Below, piece by piece: positions 24,577 through 38,149 of a DNA stretch of 64,000 nucleotides. Location of the stretch: NCBI GenBank assembly GCA_951406725.2, contig OX597838.1, positions 17,484,001 to 17,548,000 of the forward strand. The letters run 5' to 3'. Source of the DNA: Octopus vulgaris (lineage: Eukaryota). The notes below the pieces were generated by a model. It did not search any database. It was not told the DNA's origin and was given only the letters and a program-made list of their open reading frames with translations. The position numbers and the translations under genes are program-made. How positions within the stretch are numbered: position 1 is the stretch's first letter; each line of letters begins with the position of its first letter.

Positions 24577-24723
24577 CATATATTTATAAACAAACCTGAA
24601 TGGAGGCATGTAAGCGTTGATTTGTGGGTACGATTCTGCCTGGGGTTAGGTCATTATTTTTCGGTCATTTGTTTATATTTAAAAATTGTCTCTTCAAATT
24701 GGAGAATAAATATTACTATGATA

Positions 24724-24788
<65 letters not shown>

Positions 24789-24900
24789 TATTATCAACTT
24801 TGTTCGGCCCAAGGCTATAGTAGAAGACACTTGACCAAAGTGCCACGCAGTGGGACTGAACCCGAAACCATGTGATTTTGAAGCAAGCTTCTTACTACAT
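23940..24900. mobile_element. Diverged plus SINE A fragment followed by an interrupted minus SINE A
   Basis: Plus 23940-24140; minus tail 24175-24400, head 24800-24900. Confidence 0.75.
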
Positions 24901-25225
24901 GCGTGTGTGTGTGTGTGTGTGTGTACTTCATAGTTGAATCGAACTCTAACTTCCAGGTAAATATCCGATATTTGGTGCTGTATACGAAATCAAGAGAGGA
25001 AGCTGGTGATGGGGAAGAGGTAGTGTTGGAGATGAAGAAGCAAATAATCTCCGGGAGATCCCGAATCTGCATCATGGTTTTTATATTAACTAGGGGTCAG
25101 TATAATTAGCTAACACATAAACTTGTGCCCTAATGGGGCCAAAGCCCTAAGACTGAACCCCACCCCCCACCCCAAAAAAAAGAAACATCTAAAGAGAATT
25201 TTCGTTCATACTATTTTGCCTCTAA

Positions 25226-25291
<66 letters not shown>

Positions 25292-25401
25292 CACAAGGTT
25301 AAACCGTATTTATTCCATGCAATGATGTGATAAATAGAGCTAATTGTTTAATCTCCCTTCAATTACATTTATGTATATAAAATTAAAAAAATAAATGCGC
25401 C

Positions 25402-25642
25402 CTTCTAAAGCCTAGCCAGGCTCATGGGCCCGGTTTCCTGGTTTCAATGGCGTATGTGTTCCCCAGCTGGATGGGACGCGAGTCCATCGCAGCGTTACTC
25501 ACTTTTGGCAGCTGAGTGGACTGGAGTAACGTGAAATGAAGTGTTTTGCTCAAGAACACAACGCGTCGCCCGGTCCAGGAATCGAAACCACAATCTTATG
25601 ATCATGACGCCAACACACTAACCACTAAGCCACGCGCCTCCA
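25402..25642 (-). mobile_element. tRNA-derived SINE family C-type
   Basis: Minus strand ggaggcgcgtggcttagtggttag...gtttcgattcc...gtgttcttgagcaaaacactt. Confidence 0.85.
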
Positions 25643-25647
25643 CTATT

Positions 25648-25713
<66 letters not shown>

Positions 25714-25975
25714 TTTCAGCCATGTAACAACACACATGCCTCTCTCCAGACTATCCTTCATTTTTTTGCGGGGGGGGGGGGCCCATCTCCCACTTTCCGA
25801 CTAAGAGCCATGCTCAAAACGGTATTTCTCTTATTCTTCCTTCTATAACCTGACCCTCAATCTAACATATTTACTGTCTATATCCAATTATCTTTTATTG
25901 TTTTCCTGTTTTAATCTATTTTTGATTTGCCTACATATCACTGGGTATACAGCACTAAAGGGAAACACACTATGA

Positions 25976-26038
<63 letters not shown>

Positions 26039-26050
26039 ATATAGTAATAT

Positions 26051-26403
26051 AGGCGCAGGAGTGACTGTGTGGTAAGTAGCTTGTTTACGAACCACATGGT
26101 TCCGGGTCCAGTCCCACTGCGTGACACCTTGGGCAAGTGTCTTCTACTATAGCCTCGGGCCGACCAAAGCCTTGTGAGTGGATTTGGTAGACGGAAACTG
26201 AAAGAAGACCGTCGTATATATGTATATGTATATGTGTGTGCGTGTGTGTGTGTCCCCGTAACTTAGCGGTTCGGCAAAAGAGAACGATAGAATAAGTACT
26301 AGGCTTACAAAGAATAAATCCTGGGGGTCGATTTGTTCGACTAAAGGCGGTGCACTAGCACGGCCGCAGTCAAATGACTGAAACAAGTAAAAGAGTAAAA
26401 AGA
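26051..26403 (+). mobile_element. SINE family A
   Basis: Head to tail, with an internal deletion. Confidence 0.92.
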
Positions 26404-26412
26404 GAGTATATG

Positions 26413-26456
<44 letters not shown>

Positions 26457-26467
26457 GAAGTGTACTT

Positions 26468-26869
26468 TTTTACTCTTTTACTTGTTTCAGTCATTTGACT
26501 GCGGCCATGCTGGAGCACCGCCTTTAGTCGAACAAATCGACCTCGGGACTTATTCTTTGTAAGCCCAGTACTTATTCTATTGGTCTCTTTTGCCGAACCG
26601 CTAAGTGACGAGGACGTAAACACATCAGCATCGGTTGTCAAGCAATGCTAGGGGGACAAACACACACACACAAATACATACATACATATATATACATATA
26701 TACGACAGGCTTCTTTCAGTTTCCGTCTACCAAATCCACTCACAAGGCATTGGTCGGCCCGAGGCTATGGCAGAAGACACTTGCCCAAAGGTGCCACGCA
26801 GTGGGACTGAACCCAGAACCATGTGTGGTTGGTAGGCAAGCTACTTACCACACAGCCACTCCTGCGCCT
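26468..26869 (-). mobile_element. SINE family A, inverted relative to the previous copy
   Basis: Full reverse-complement copy. Confidence 0.92.
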
Positions 26870-27384
26870 AGACAGCGTTAACGTTGGGAGTCACGGCTCT
26901 GCAAATCACAGTTACAAGTTATTGCTGCTAAGTAGAGTTACGAGTCGCAATTAGAAAAATCAAATTTCTCTAAGTCACAGTTACGGGCTGCAGTTAGAAG
27001 TCACACCAACATGTTACATCTACTATTCACAGTTACAGACAAGAAAGAGTTGCAAGTCCTCTCTCACTCTCCTCTAATAATCCGACGATGGATTCTTCTG
27101 TTCCTGAATGATCAAATAATTTGGTCTATTTATAGCACTATATCTTTTATCTGCGCGTGTATTTTTATTTCGTCTTTGCTTCCGTTTATCTATTGACATT
27201 TTCTAGATTCAGTCGTTAGACTGCGGCCGTTCTGGGGCGCCGCATTGAAGGGTTTCTGTCGAATGAAACGATCCTAGTGCTTATTTTTTTAAAGAAGTTT
27301 TGTACTTAATTTATCCGTCTCTTTTACTGAACTGCTAAGTTACGGGAACGTAAAGCAATACATCCCCCAACACTCATCCACCCA

Positions 27385-27812
27385 CATATGTGTGTGTGTA
27401 TGTGTGTATGTGTGTGTGTACATACACACATCCATCCATACATGTATACTTATAAACATACATACATACATACATACATGCATACATACATATATACATG
27501 AATACAATCTTACATAAATGCATGCATGCATACATATATACATGCATACGTACATGCATACGTACATACGTACGTACATACATACGTACATGCATGCATG
27601 CATACATACATACATACATGCATACATACATACATACATACATACGTACGTACGTACGTACATACATATATACATACATACATACGTACATGCATACATA
27701 CAGACATACATACATACATACATACATACATACATACATACATGCATGCATGCATACATACATACATACATACATACATACATACATGCATACGTACATA
27801 CATACATACATG

Positions 27813-27850
<38 letters not shown>
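27385..27850. repeat. (TACA/TGCA/TACG)n and (CA)n inside an old minus SINE A (27205-27990)
   Basis: Direct reading. Confidence 0.9.
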
Positions 27851-27851
<1 letters not shown>

Positions 27852-27989
27852 TGGGATTCCATCCAATTTTAGTCTACCAAATTCACCCACAAGGCATTGG
27901 TAGCCCGGGGCTATGCACTGGGATTGAACCCGATATTTCGTGACTGCAAAGCGAACTTCTTAGCCATGCAGCCATCCCAACGCATGAAA

Positions 27990-28010
27990 TAAGCCCGTCG
28001 TATATATATG

Positions 28011-28108
<98 letters not shown>

Positions 28109-28290
28109 TGTGTCTGTGTTTGTCCCCTCAACATCGCTTGACAACCGATGCTGGTGTGTTTACGTACCCGTAACTTAGCGGTTCGGTAGAAGTGACCGAC
28201 AGAATAAGTACTAGGCTTATAAAGAATAAGTCCTGGGGTCGATTTGTTCGACTAAAATGTGGTACTCCAGCATGGCCGCAGTCAAATGAA
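27990..28290 (+). mobile_element. SINE family A, 3' half
   Basis: aagcccgtcgtatat...ccagcatggccgcagtcaaatga. Confidence 0.85.
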
Positions 28291-29021
28291 ATAAATATTT
28301 TGTTCTCAGTATGATGTAAGGACGAACGATGTAGCGAAGGTTGTAAACACACCAACCGTTTCTGCTGCTAATTGTTTTGTTCAACGTTCGTGGGAAAGGC
28401 ATCAAGACTACACAACACATTCCTCTCACCCCTTGGGGGTTCATATATCAATCACTCATCGATTCACATTTCTGACCCCTTTATTTGTCCCCCGTCTATC
28501 CAGGATTTGAGATAAATATTTATTCTTGTCTCCGCACAAAATTCTCAATACATTTCTCAATATAGGTTTTATAAATCTGTTATCGATTTCCTTTAAGAGT
28601 ACAAGGTGACTTTTTGTGAAGGAGAGGTGGAACGTATAGCTGATAGAACGGAGGGCAAGTGTATTACTGGTACCTTATTCTCGGAGAGAACAAGGTCGAA
28701 ATTGTCTGTAGTAGGATTTGAACGTTTTAACTAAACTGAAGTCTCCTTTAGTGACACGTTTTGTAACCATTAAACTTATATCAGGAGAGAGAGAACTCCT
28801 GCATGCGAGAGCTCGATGTGCTAGACATAACAGTCAAATCTTCCTGAAATTATACATTTCTGCTATAGATTAGGAAAAAACACGGGATAATATGACTCTA
28901 AATAACCTTAAAAAGAGACAGGATAGTTGGTCACGGCTGGAACAGTTTTGATCGTGGGTCTGCTGGATCAGAGTAGATTTGAGACTACACGCCAACAGTG
29001 GCATCATCGCCAACAGCATCG

Positions 29022-29055
<34 letters not shown>

Positions 29056-29282
29056 GGATAAGAACAATAAAAACAATGACACCAGCAGCAGCAACAACAG
29101 CAGCAAGAATAACAACAGCAGCATCAGCAGCGATAGCAGCAGCAGCAAGGAAAATTACATTTACAACAGCCACAAGAATCCGCAGCAGCAATATCAGCAG
29201 CAACAACAACAACAACAACGACAACAACGAAAACAACAACAACCGATTCTACCTGAAATCTGCTGATTTCTTTCCTCTCTGA

Positions 29283-29640
29283 CTCTTTTACTCATTTACT
29301 TGTTTCGGTCATGTGAGTGTGGCCATGCTGGAGCACCGCCTTTATAGTCGAGCAAATCGACCCCCAGGACTTATTCTTTGTAAACCTAGTACTTATTCTA
29401 TCGGTTTTTCTTTTGCCGAAGCGCTAAGTTACGGGGACGTAAACACACCAGCATCGGTTGTCAAGCGATATATATACCACGAGCTTCTTTCAGTTTCCGT
29501 CTACCAAATCCACTCACAAAGCTTTGGTCGGCCAGAGGCGATAGTAGAAGACACTTGCCCCAGGTGCCACGCAGTGGGAATGAACCCGGAACCATGTGGT
29601 TCGTAAGCAAGCTACTTACTACGCACCCACTCCTACGTCT
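29283..29640 (-). mobile_element. SINE family A
   Basis: Reverse-complement copy. Confidence 0.9.
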
Positions 29641-30377
29641 ATTCCTCTTAAATTTCCACTCAATTTTTTTCTACTCCGGATATTACTGGTATACATAGAG
29701 GCAAAGGGTATCACGTGATGAGTAACCGTTAATTTAAAGTAGATCAATTGACCCATGTGGAGGATTTCACTTTTGTAAGATGGGATGGTCATGGCAGGAA
29801 CAATCTTTATTCATAGGTCGTTGTCTGCTGTACACTATCAAAACTAATTAAGGAAAAAGAGCTGACAATCCAACAGGTATCTCATTGTGCTAGAAATAGC
29901 AGCCACATACTAACAGTCTTCCTGGAAAAGAAGTACATTTTGTAAATTGTGGTATTGAGTGCATTGTACCTGGGAAATATACAGTAAAATGTGCCCCAAT
30001 CGAGGCAGCCCTCGAGGTTGCAACCCGACCCCACCTGGAGCAACCCATATAGACTTTAGACACTAAACTCCTAAAGTGCAGCCCTCATCAGCCCACCTCA
30101 GTTACTCTACTGGGTGGTCATGTTTGGAATGTCTTTTATCGTGACTCTATTCTATCGGAGCTGACCAAAGAACAGATGACATCAGTTGGTTACTTGTCCT
30201 AAACGACTCTGGAAGGGGTCAGAAAAAATCTTCTCTCTCCGTATTCGAATTAAGGACAGTTGAAGGAGACTTGGCTAAGTATAAGTTATCTAGTGCGGTG
30301 CTCGATCGTAACATTGCTAGCAACTTCCCCGCCACTGCACCACATTACGAAATATGGATCATTCACTGCAACAGAGG

Positions 30378-30528
30378 GACAGCAGCGGCAGCAGCGGCAG
30401 CAGGAGCAGCATAAGTAGTAGTAGCAGTTGTTATTGTTGTAGAAGCAACAGCAGCAGCAGTAGTAGTAGTAGTAGTAGTTGTTGTTGTTATTGTTGTAGA
30501 AGCAGCAGCAGCAGTAGTAGTAGTAGTG

Positions 30529-30572
<44 letters not shown>

Positions 30573-30774
30573 TGTAGTAGCAACAGCTATAGTAGTAGTA
30601 GTAGTAGTAGTTGTTGTTGTTGTTGTTCTAGAAGCAACTGTAGTAGTAGTAGTAGAAGTAGTAGTAGCAACAGTAGTAGCAACAGTAGTAGCAACAGTAG
30701 TAGCAGTACTTATGGCGGCAGCAGCTGTAGTAGTAGTAGTAGTAGTAGTAGTTGTTGTTGTTGTAGAAGCAGCT

Positions 30775-30811
<37 letters not shown>

Positions 30812-30998
30812 CAGCAGCAGTAGTAGTAGTAGTTGTTGTTGTTGTAGTAGTAGTAGTAGCTACTTTTACTGCTGCTACTACGACTTCTACTACTACTGCC
30901 ACCACTACCACCACCACTACTACTACTATTACAACAGTTTGTGCAGCAAAGTGATAACGACGACGACGACGACAACAACAGTGACAATAACAACACCA
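30378..30998. repeat. Compound (AGT/AGC/TGT/CTA)n microsatellite
   Basis: Direct reading. Confidence 0.95.
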
Positions 30999-31242
30999 AC
31001 GAAGGCGTTTATGTCTGATCGTTCGAACTGGTAGAAATAGCAGCCAAGTGTCCGTGTAATATAGAAGGACGTTGGATAATTACGGTTTTAGACATCTGAA
31101 AGAAGGAACTAAAAAAAGATGGGAAAGCCACGGTTGGCTTACCTTTGACCTTGGGCTAAACAACAGCAACAACAAAAACAAAAAACAATCCGTTCACCTC
31201 CACCACATCAGCAACAATTGCTAGTTTTACTACTACTACAAC

Positions 31243-31529
31243 TAATAATAATGATAATAATAATAATAATAATAATGATAATAATAATAATAATGATGAT
31301 GATGATGATAATGATGATGATAATAATAATAATGATAATAATTATGATAATAATGATAATAATGATAATGATAATGATAATAATAATGATAATAATAATA
31401 ATGATAATAATTATGATAATAATGATAATAATGATAATAATAATGATAATAATAATGATAATAATAATAATAATGATAATGATGATAATAATGATGATAA
31501 TAATAATGATAATAATAATGATAATAATG

Positions 31530-31560
<31 letters not shown>

Positions 31561-31568
31561 TAATAATG

Positions 31569-31602
<34 letters not shown>

Positions 31603-31770
31603 TAATTACGATAATAATAATGATAATAATAATAATGATAATAATAATAATAATAATAATATAATAATAATAATGATAATAATGATAATAATAATAATGG
31701 TAATAATAATAATAATAAAATAATAATAATAATAATAATAATGATAATAATAAAATAATAATAATAATAA
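31243..31770. repeat. (AAT/GAT)n microsatellite, ~530 bp
   Basis: Direct reading. Confidence 0.98.
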
Positions 31771-32154
31771 TACAAGCTGTAATTAAAACCAAATACATTC
31801 ATTTCTTCAACAATCACATCAACAACAACAACAACAACAACAAACAACAACAGCAGCAGCAATTACGACAACAATAGCAGCTGCATCAATAACACGACCT
31901 GAAGCAACAACAAGTAAGGGGGAGATAAATGCTACGGTGTTTTTGTTTTGTTTGTCAATCACCTGAGCGGCCTCGCAGAGGTGTAGGAGTTGCGAACAGA
32001 GGAGTCGAACGAACAGGTCAGTGTGAAACGGAGATCACATGATGCATACGGATATGTCATTGGATGGTGGTTTCGGAGATTCCGATGGTGTCGGAAATAA
32101 ATTTTGTGACGGAGGGAAATAAAATATATTTAGGAATTTAATTTAAATGTCTCT

Positions 32155-32365
32155 TATCTTTTATCGTTTATCTGTTTCCGTCATTAGACTGTGGCTGATA
32201 GAATAAGTACCCCAGGACTTCTAATTTTCTTTTCTTTTCTTTTCTTTTTTAAGCCTTGTACTTATTCTATAAGCCTTTTTTTTTTTTGCCGAACCGCTAA
32301 GATACGGGGACGTAAACACACCAACACCGGTTGCCAACCAGTGGTGGGAGAGGAAATACAGACAG

Positions 32366-32442
<77 letters not shown>

Positions 32443-32567
32443 TAAGCCTTGTACTTATTCAATGAGCCTTTTTTGCCGAACCGCTAAGATACGGGGACGT
32501 CAACACACCAACACCGGTTGCCAACCAGTGGTGGGAGAGGAAATACAGACAGAAACACACACGCACA

Positions 32568-32609
<42 letters not shown>

Positions 32610-32785
32610 TATATATGTACGACGGGCTTCTTTTAGTTTCCGTCAACCAAATCCTTTCAGAAGACCTTGGTCAGCCCGAGGCTATAATGGAAGACACTTG
32701 CTCAAAGTGCCATGCAGTGGTACTGAACCCAGAACCAGGTGATTAGGGAGCAAGCTTCTTACCACACAGGCATGACTTCGCCTGT
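32155..32785 (-). mobile_element. SINE family A with internal tandem duplication
   Basis: ttttaagccttgtacttattc...aaatacagacagaaacacac present twice (~32246-32436, ~32438-32605). Confidence 0.85.
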
Positions 32786-33649
32786 ATTTGAATATATTTT
32801 AAGAATACATTAATGATGATGGTGGTGGTGGTGGTGGTGGTAATACTAGTAGTGGTGGTGGTAGTTGGTGTTAATGTGATGACGTTGATCGTAGTGGCGT
32901 TAATGATGGTTGTGATAGGGGAGTGGTGACAGTGATGTTATGATGCTGGTGATGATGGTGATGATAATGTTGATAGTGGTAGTGATGGCGGTTGTGATGA
33001 TTCTGGCGGCATAGTGTTGGTGGAGGTGTTTATGGTGGCGGTAATGGTGATGGTATAGCTCATAGTGGTGATGATGATGGTGGTGATAGTGATCAATGAA
33101 GATGATGATGATGATGATGACGACGACGACAAGGACTACCTCGAGAAAAAGATAAATTGTCTGCTCCAGCTGGACGGAATGTAAAGGACGGAACTACGCA
33201 GGAGCTCTGTAATTCTTTTCTACTCTAGGCACAAGGCCCGAAATTTTGGGGGAGGGGGCCAGTCAATTTGATCGACCCCAATACGCAACTGGTACTTAAT
33301 TTATCGACCCCGAAAGGATGAAAAGTAAAATCGACCTCGACGGAAAGGACCTCTGTAATTCTGCCAATAGTAATAATGGTTTCTTCCAATTTAGGCTCAA
33401 TGTCAGCCAATATCAAGGGGTGGAATTTAGTCGAGTAAATCGACCCCAGTACTTGACTTGACCGGTACTTTATTTTGTTGGCCCAGGGAGGATTAAAAGT
33501 TGAAATTGATCTCGACAGGACCCATTTGGTACTATATTTCTGTTGAGACATTCAGCGTTTTTTTTTTCAATTAATTTTAAATATAACAAAGAATTTAGTA
33601 AAATAACTTCGTTATCATTAAGCTAGTTTCCTCCTCCTTGTCCTCCTCT

Positions 33650-34190
33650 TACTCATTTCTCTAAGCTTTTCGAGTGTCTCATTGTAATGTGCCACCACAT
33701 TCCAGTTGCACTTGTTAACCGACTCAGAAAAGTCATCATAACTTTCTGCGTCATTGGAGAAGAGGTGACCCGCCATTTCTTGAATTGATCTTTCATTTCC
33801 AGATCATAAAGATATGTTCACCTTTCATCTCCTGTTATCACATCAGTAAAAAAGAAAAAGAAATAGTTCCGTCATTGGCTTCAATCGCTTCAAACAGCGG
33901 ACAACTGCCGAGGCATCCATTTTGCATAAAACTTTACGAAAAAAAATCTTTATCTTCTGTAATGCATTGTGGTCGCAATCCATTTGTGTTACAAACTCGC
34001 GGGTTGTAACTTGCCTGTCTTTTCAAATCGATTTGTCAATCACTGGCGATTCATGTCAGCGGCCACAACTGATGATCCACTGCGAGATTTGTCTTCTACG
34101 ATGGTTTCTTCTTCTTTAAACTTCTTCCAACTACGCGCGTTGCTCTTGTCGGTAGTATTATCACCTTCAACGACGTTTAGATTTCTAAGC
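33650..34190 (-). pseudogene. Heavily decayed mariner transposase
   Basis: Minus-strand pieces VEDKSRSG, DRQVTTRE, AKWMPRQL, VITGDER*TYLYDLE, KVMMTF. Confidence 0.7.
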
Positions 34191-34491
34191 TTGTTCCTTC
34201 TCGAGCCACGCCTGGCTCATAAGGGCCGGTTTCCCGGTTTCCTTGGCGTATAGGTTCCCTATATGGACGGGACGCCGGTCCGTCGCAGGTGAGCTACAAG
34301 ATGTAGGAGGAAAGAGTGAGAGAAAATTGTGGCGAAAGAGTCAGTAGAAGTTTCGCCATTGTCTTCTGCCGGAGCCGCGTGGAGCTTAGGTGTTTCGCTC
34401 ATAAACACACACATAGCCCGGTCTGAGATTCGAACCGGCGATCCCTCGACCGCGAGTCCGCTGCTCTAACCACTAGGCCATGTGCCTCCAC
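34191..34491 (-). mobile_element. tRNA-derived SINE family C
   Basis: Minus head gtggaggcacatggcctagtggttagagcagcggac...ggttcgaatctc; closely similar to 59953-60263. Confidence 0.9.
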
Positions 34492-34855
34492 AAATTGGTG
34501 GTGTGTCGTGTAGAAAGTCATACATTATTTGTTCAGGGGCTATATTCTCTGAGTTGAAGATCAACGTTGCCTTTCACCACTAGGCCATGTGCCTCCACTT
34601 GGTTTTCTAAGGAATTCGGACAGCTTGCTTTCCCCTTCGTCTACAACTCAATGATGCATCTTGCTTCTATTTCGAACCCATTATTTTCTTGCAGAAAGGA
34701 AGAAATAAAAACAGGAAGAAGAATTATCAGAGAGGAAGAGTTACTTCAGCGACATTCAGAATTTCATCGACCAATCCCAGTTTATATGAGTTTTTTACTC
34801 ACTTTCGCAATATTTTCGCTGCAACCATAGCATGTGTGTGTGTGTGTCTGTGTGA

Positions 34856-34886
<31 letters not shown>

Positions 34887-35103
34887 TGTGTGTATATGTG
34901 TGTGTGTGTATGTGTGTTTGTATGATCATGTATATGTGTGCGTGTGCGTGTACATACACATGCTTACATTCATAGACACAAACACACACACAAACTCACA
35001 CACACACTCACGCACACACTCACGCGCACACACACACACATGCATACGCACATGAACACACACACGAACTCATACACGAACACACGAATACATACACATA
35101 TAT

Positions 35104-35150
<47 letters not shown>

Positions 35151-35406
35151 TCAACATGTGAGTTTGTGTTTGTGTTTGTGCATATGTTTCTATGTGTGAA
35201 TGTATTAGTATGTGCATGTGTGAATCAATGTGTGAGTGTGCGTATGAGAGAGAGAGAGAGTGTGTGTGAGTGTGTATGTGTGTGTGTGTGTGTGTGTATG
35301 TGTGTTGCTTGGTTATTGCCATGGCGTGTACAGCTGTAGCTGAAACTAGAGATATGGAATAAGTACATGCATAGAGACTTTAAACTATTTCCATACATGA
35401 TATGAA

Positions 35407-35455
35407 CACACACACACACACACACACACGGATACACATACACACACACACACAC

Positions 35456-35487
<32 letters not shown>

Positions 35488-35737
35488 GGATACACATATA
35501 CACACACACACACACACGGATACACATACACACACACACACACACGGATACACATACACACACACACACACACGGATACACATACACACACACACACACA
35601 CACGGATACACATACACACACACACACACACGGATACACATATACACACACACACACACACGGATACACATACACACACACACACACACGGATACACATA
35701 CACACACACACACACACGGATACACATATACACACAC
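35407..35737. repeat. Minisatellite: ten ~28-30 bp units of (CA)n-CGGATACACATA
   Basis: cggata counted 10 times. Confidence 0.92.
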
Positions 35738-36172
35738 ATGCACACATTAGATCTGAAGACAACTTACAATATATAATGCAAGGATGGACTTATTATGAAG
35801 AACATTTAACATTTTAGGTGCACGTGACTTACTTGCTCCGTATACCCGGGGTATACGTCTCTCTCTAGTTATTGAACTGGGCGGCATAGCTCCCTATGTA
35901 CTCATAAAATATAAAACCTCTTGATGTTTATTGTACAGAGGAACATTGCTAGCCTAACAAACGCAGCATATATGCCTCTTCGTGCTTTGGCAAAGGTCGA
36001 CTAGTACCGTCTAATACACCCGCCGGAATACACCCCTTTTGATGTTTATTAGACCGCGGGTAGAGCTCACCTAGCGCAGCCAAAATATCAACCTCTTGCT
36101 GTTTATTGTACAGCGTAGCATAGCTGGCCCAATACACGCAGCATATACGCCTCTTGGTGCTTACAAAACCAG

Positions 36173-36223
<51 letters not shown>

Positions 36224-36450
36224 TGTATAATTGTGTATACAGGGATATATATTATTCAAAGGAATTCCAACTCTGTCTGCTTTTTTATGTTTTGTTTATA
36301 TTCTTTATAATATTAATGTAGAATATAGAATATATAGTATAAATAGTATATATAGTAAAATGAAATGAAGTATTGTCTTATTGAATAGATGAAATATTGA
36401 ATATCAAATATTAAGGGACTAGTATACTTACTTGCATTTAAGCAGTCTTC

Positions 36451-36523
36451 AAGGTCCCAGGTTGACAGGAATGTTTCAAAAGTGTTTCCACAGTTGAAAC
36501 ATTCCTGTCACAACCTGGGACCT

Positions 36524-36524
<1 letters not shown>
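36451..36524. repeat. Fold-back hairpin carrying hammerhead 3' halves
   Basis: aaggtcccaggttg acaggaatgtttcaa...ttgaaacattcctgt ca caacctgggacctt; GAAACA-ttcc-TGTC on both strands. Confidence 0.75.
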
Positions 36525-36568
<44 letters not shown>

Positions 36569-36779
36569 ATGTATGTATGTATGTATGTATGTATGTATGT
36601 ATGTATGTATGCTTTTTTGTATTATCCTCTTATATAATGCAACTCCTGACTACAGCAATAATTATTTATATTTTTAAGGGACCAATGCAAGATTTGTGCA
36701 AATTTTAGAACACATAGAGGGGAACACAAAAACTGTTATGATTTGTGTACGAAGTGAAGCTTTTACCACAAGTTTTAAA

Positions 36780-38060
36780 ATAGCTAATGTCCATCAAATG
36801 AGCTTATCATTTAACAACCACTTAAGTCTGATTTACTGTTAGGTTTTCCAAATATCTCCAGCTATACTCTTGACAGAGATTTTCATCAAAGTCCCAGCAG
36901 ATCTTTTCACGATCTTCTTCAGTAGCGACTGTAGTTTCCTCGTGATCAATGCAGACGAGTTTATCATTTGTCCCATTTAATATATTACTTTCAAACGCTC
37001 TTAGAAAACATATGATCAGGTTGAAGCATTCGTAGCTATTTTGATCCAGGTGTTCATAGCAAGGCCAAGATGTCTTTTTTGTTTTTAGATTAGCTGCTGC
37101 TGTATCTTCCACTTCATTGGATTATACCCATGGTTTCATATACTTCCTTATTCCAACCTCAAATAGCTTGTCCAAAGGAACATCTGGTGACTAAAGACCA
37201 CCAGGCAAAACACATAGGATGTACTTTGACCAGTGCTCGATGGGCTTCGATATATTTCAATGCTTCGTTGGCTTAGATGAACTCTAAACTATTCCTACAT
37301 CAGCACTGTAAGATTTTTGCTAACAGCTATAGGATTTATTTAGATTCACCAGCTAACGAACAAGCAAAATATTTTTTCAATAAAATGTAAAACTTGCTTT
37401 CATTGAAAAGGAATTTTTTTCCCCCTTTCCAATAAGAAAAATGCCATAAAACGTTTCCCATGTCTTGTTTTAACGGAGACAATTTTACTTCCTACTTTAT
37501 CCAGTGTTCCGTTCGCAGTCAGGTAAAAAGAAAAATATGAATGCCTCAACAGGTTTCCAATACGAAACAGTTCAATTATGCTACTTTCTCCGTTTTATAA
37601 TAAAACCTATGAAACTGTATAATCTTATGAGCCAAATCAAAGAGGAACTTCTCTGAAATTTTCGATTTCTGATAAAGAGCTAATGATTTCTTTCTGAAAA
37701 ATTTCTGGCACCACCCACCTGGAAACTTATAAGATTGACAAATATCATATTTCTCATCGGATGACAATTTCTTTCCTTGTAACTTTACATGCAGGGCTGT
37801 TACAATGACCCTCTTTTTTTCTTGCCAGGCAATTATTTTTCCAGTTCAAGGAAGTAAATCTTTTTTCTGTCAGAGACCATTTACTGCTCGGCATCTCCTG
37901 CAGATGAGCTTTATTCTTCCTCCTATAAGCCTAAAGTTGCTCTCAGTAACATCCAACTTCAAAGATCCAGCGCAGCTGCTGTACTTTTCATTAACTTCTG
38001 GCTTTAACTTTAGATTTTGTAGTGTTCGTAGTATAACAAATACGTCTTTTTTTTTCATAT
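36780..38060 (-). pseudogene. Decayed pogo/Tigger-family transposase
   Basis: YKFPGGWCQKFFRKKSLAL, KIIQFHRF, VLPGGL*SPDVPLDKLF, TAAANLK; multiple frameshifts and stops. Confidence 0.75.
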
Positions 38061-38149
38061 CCTTTATTATATTTAAGATTCATTATATTGCTATTTTATG
38101 TCAGTATTGCAGCCTATCCGTTTTAAAATGTAATCTTTTAAATTATATA

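Noticed and set aside
26147-26881. Recurrent peptides (FQSFDCGHAGAPPL, YDGLLSVSVYQIHSQ) suggesting a gene family
   Set aside because: These are translations of SINE A copies.
30354-31862. 226-aa Ser-rich and ~200-aa Ile/Tyr ORFs
   Set aside because: Pure trinucleotide arrays, with no unique coding sequence or splice support.
35407-35737. Regularly spaced repeats resembling a CRISPR array
   Set aside because: The spacers are (CA)n rather than unique; no cas genes; eukaryotic context.
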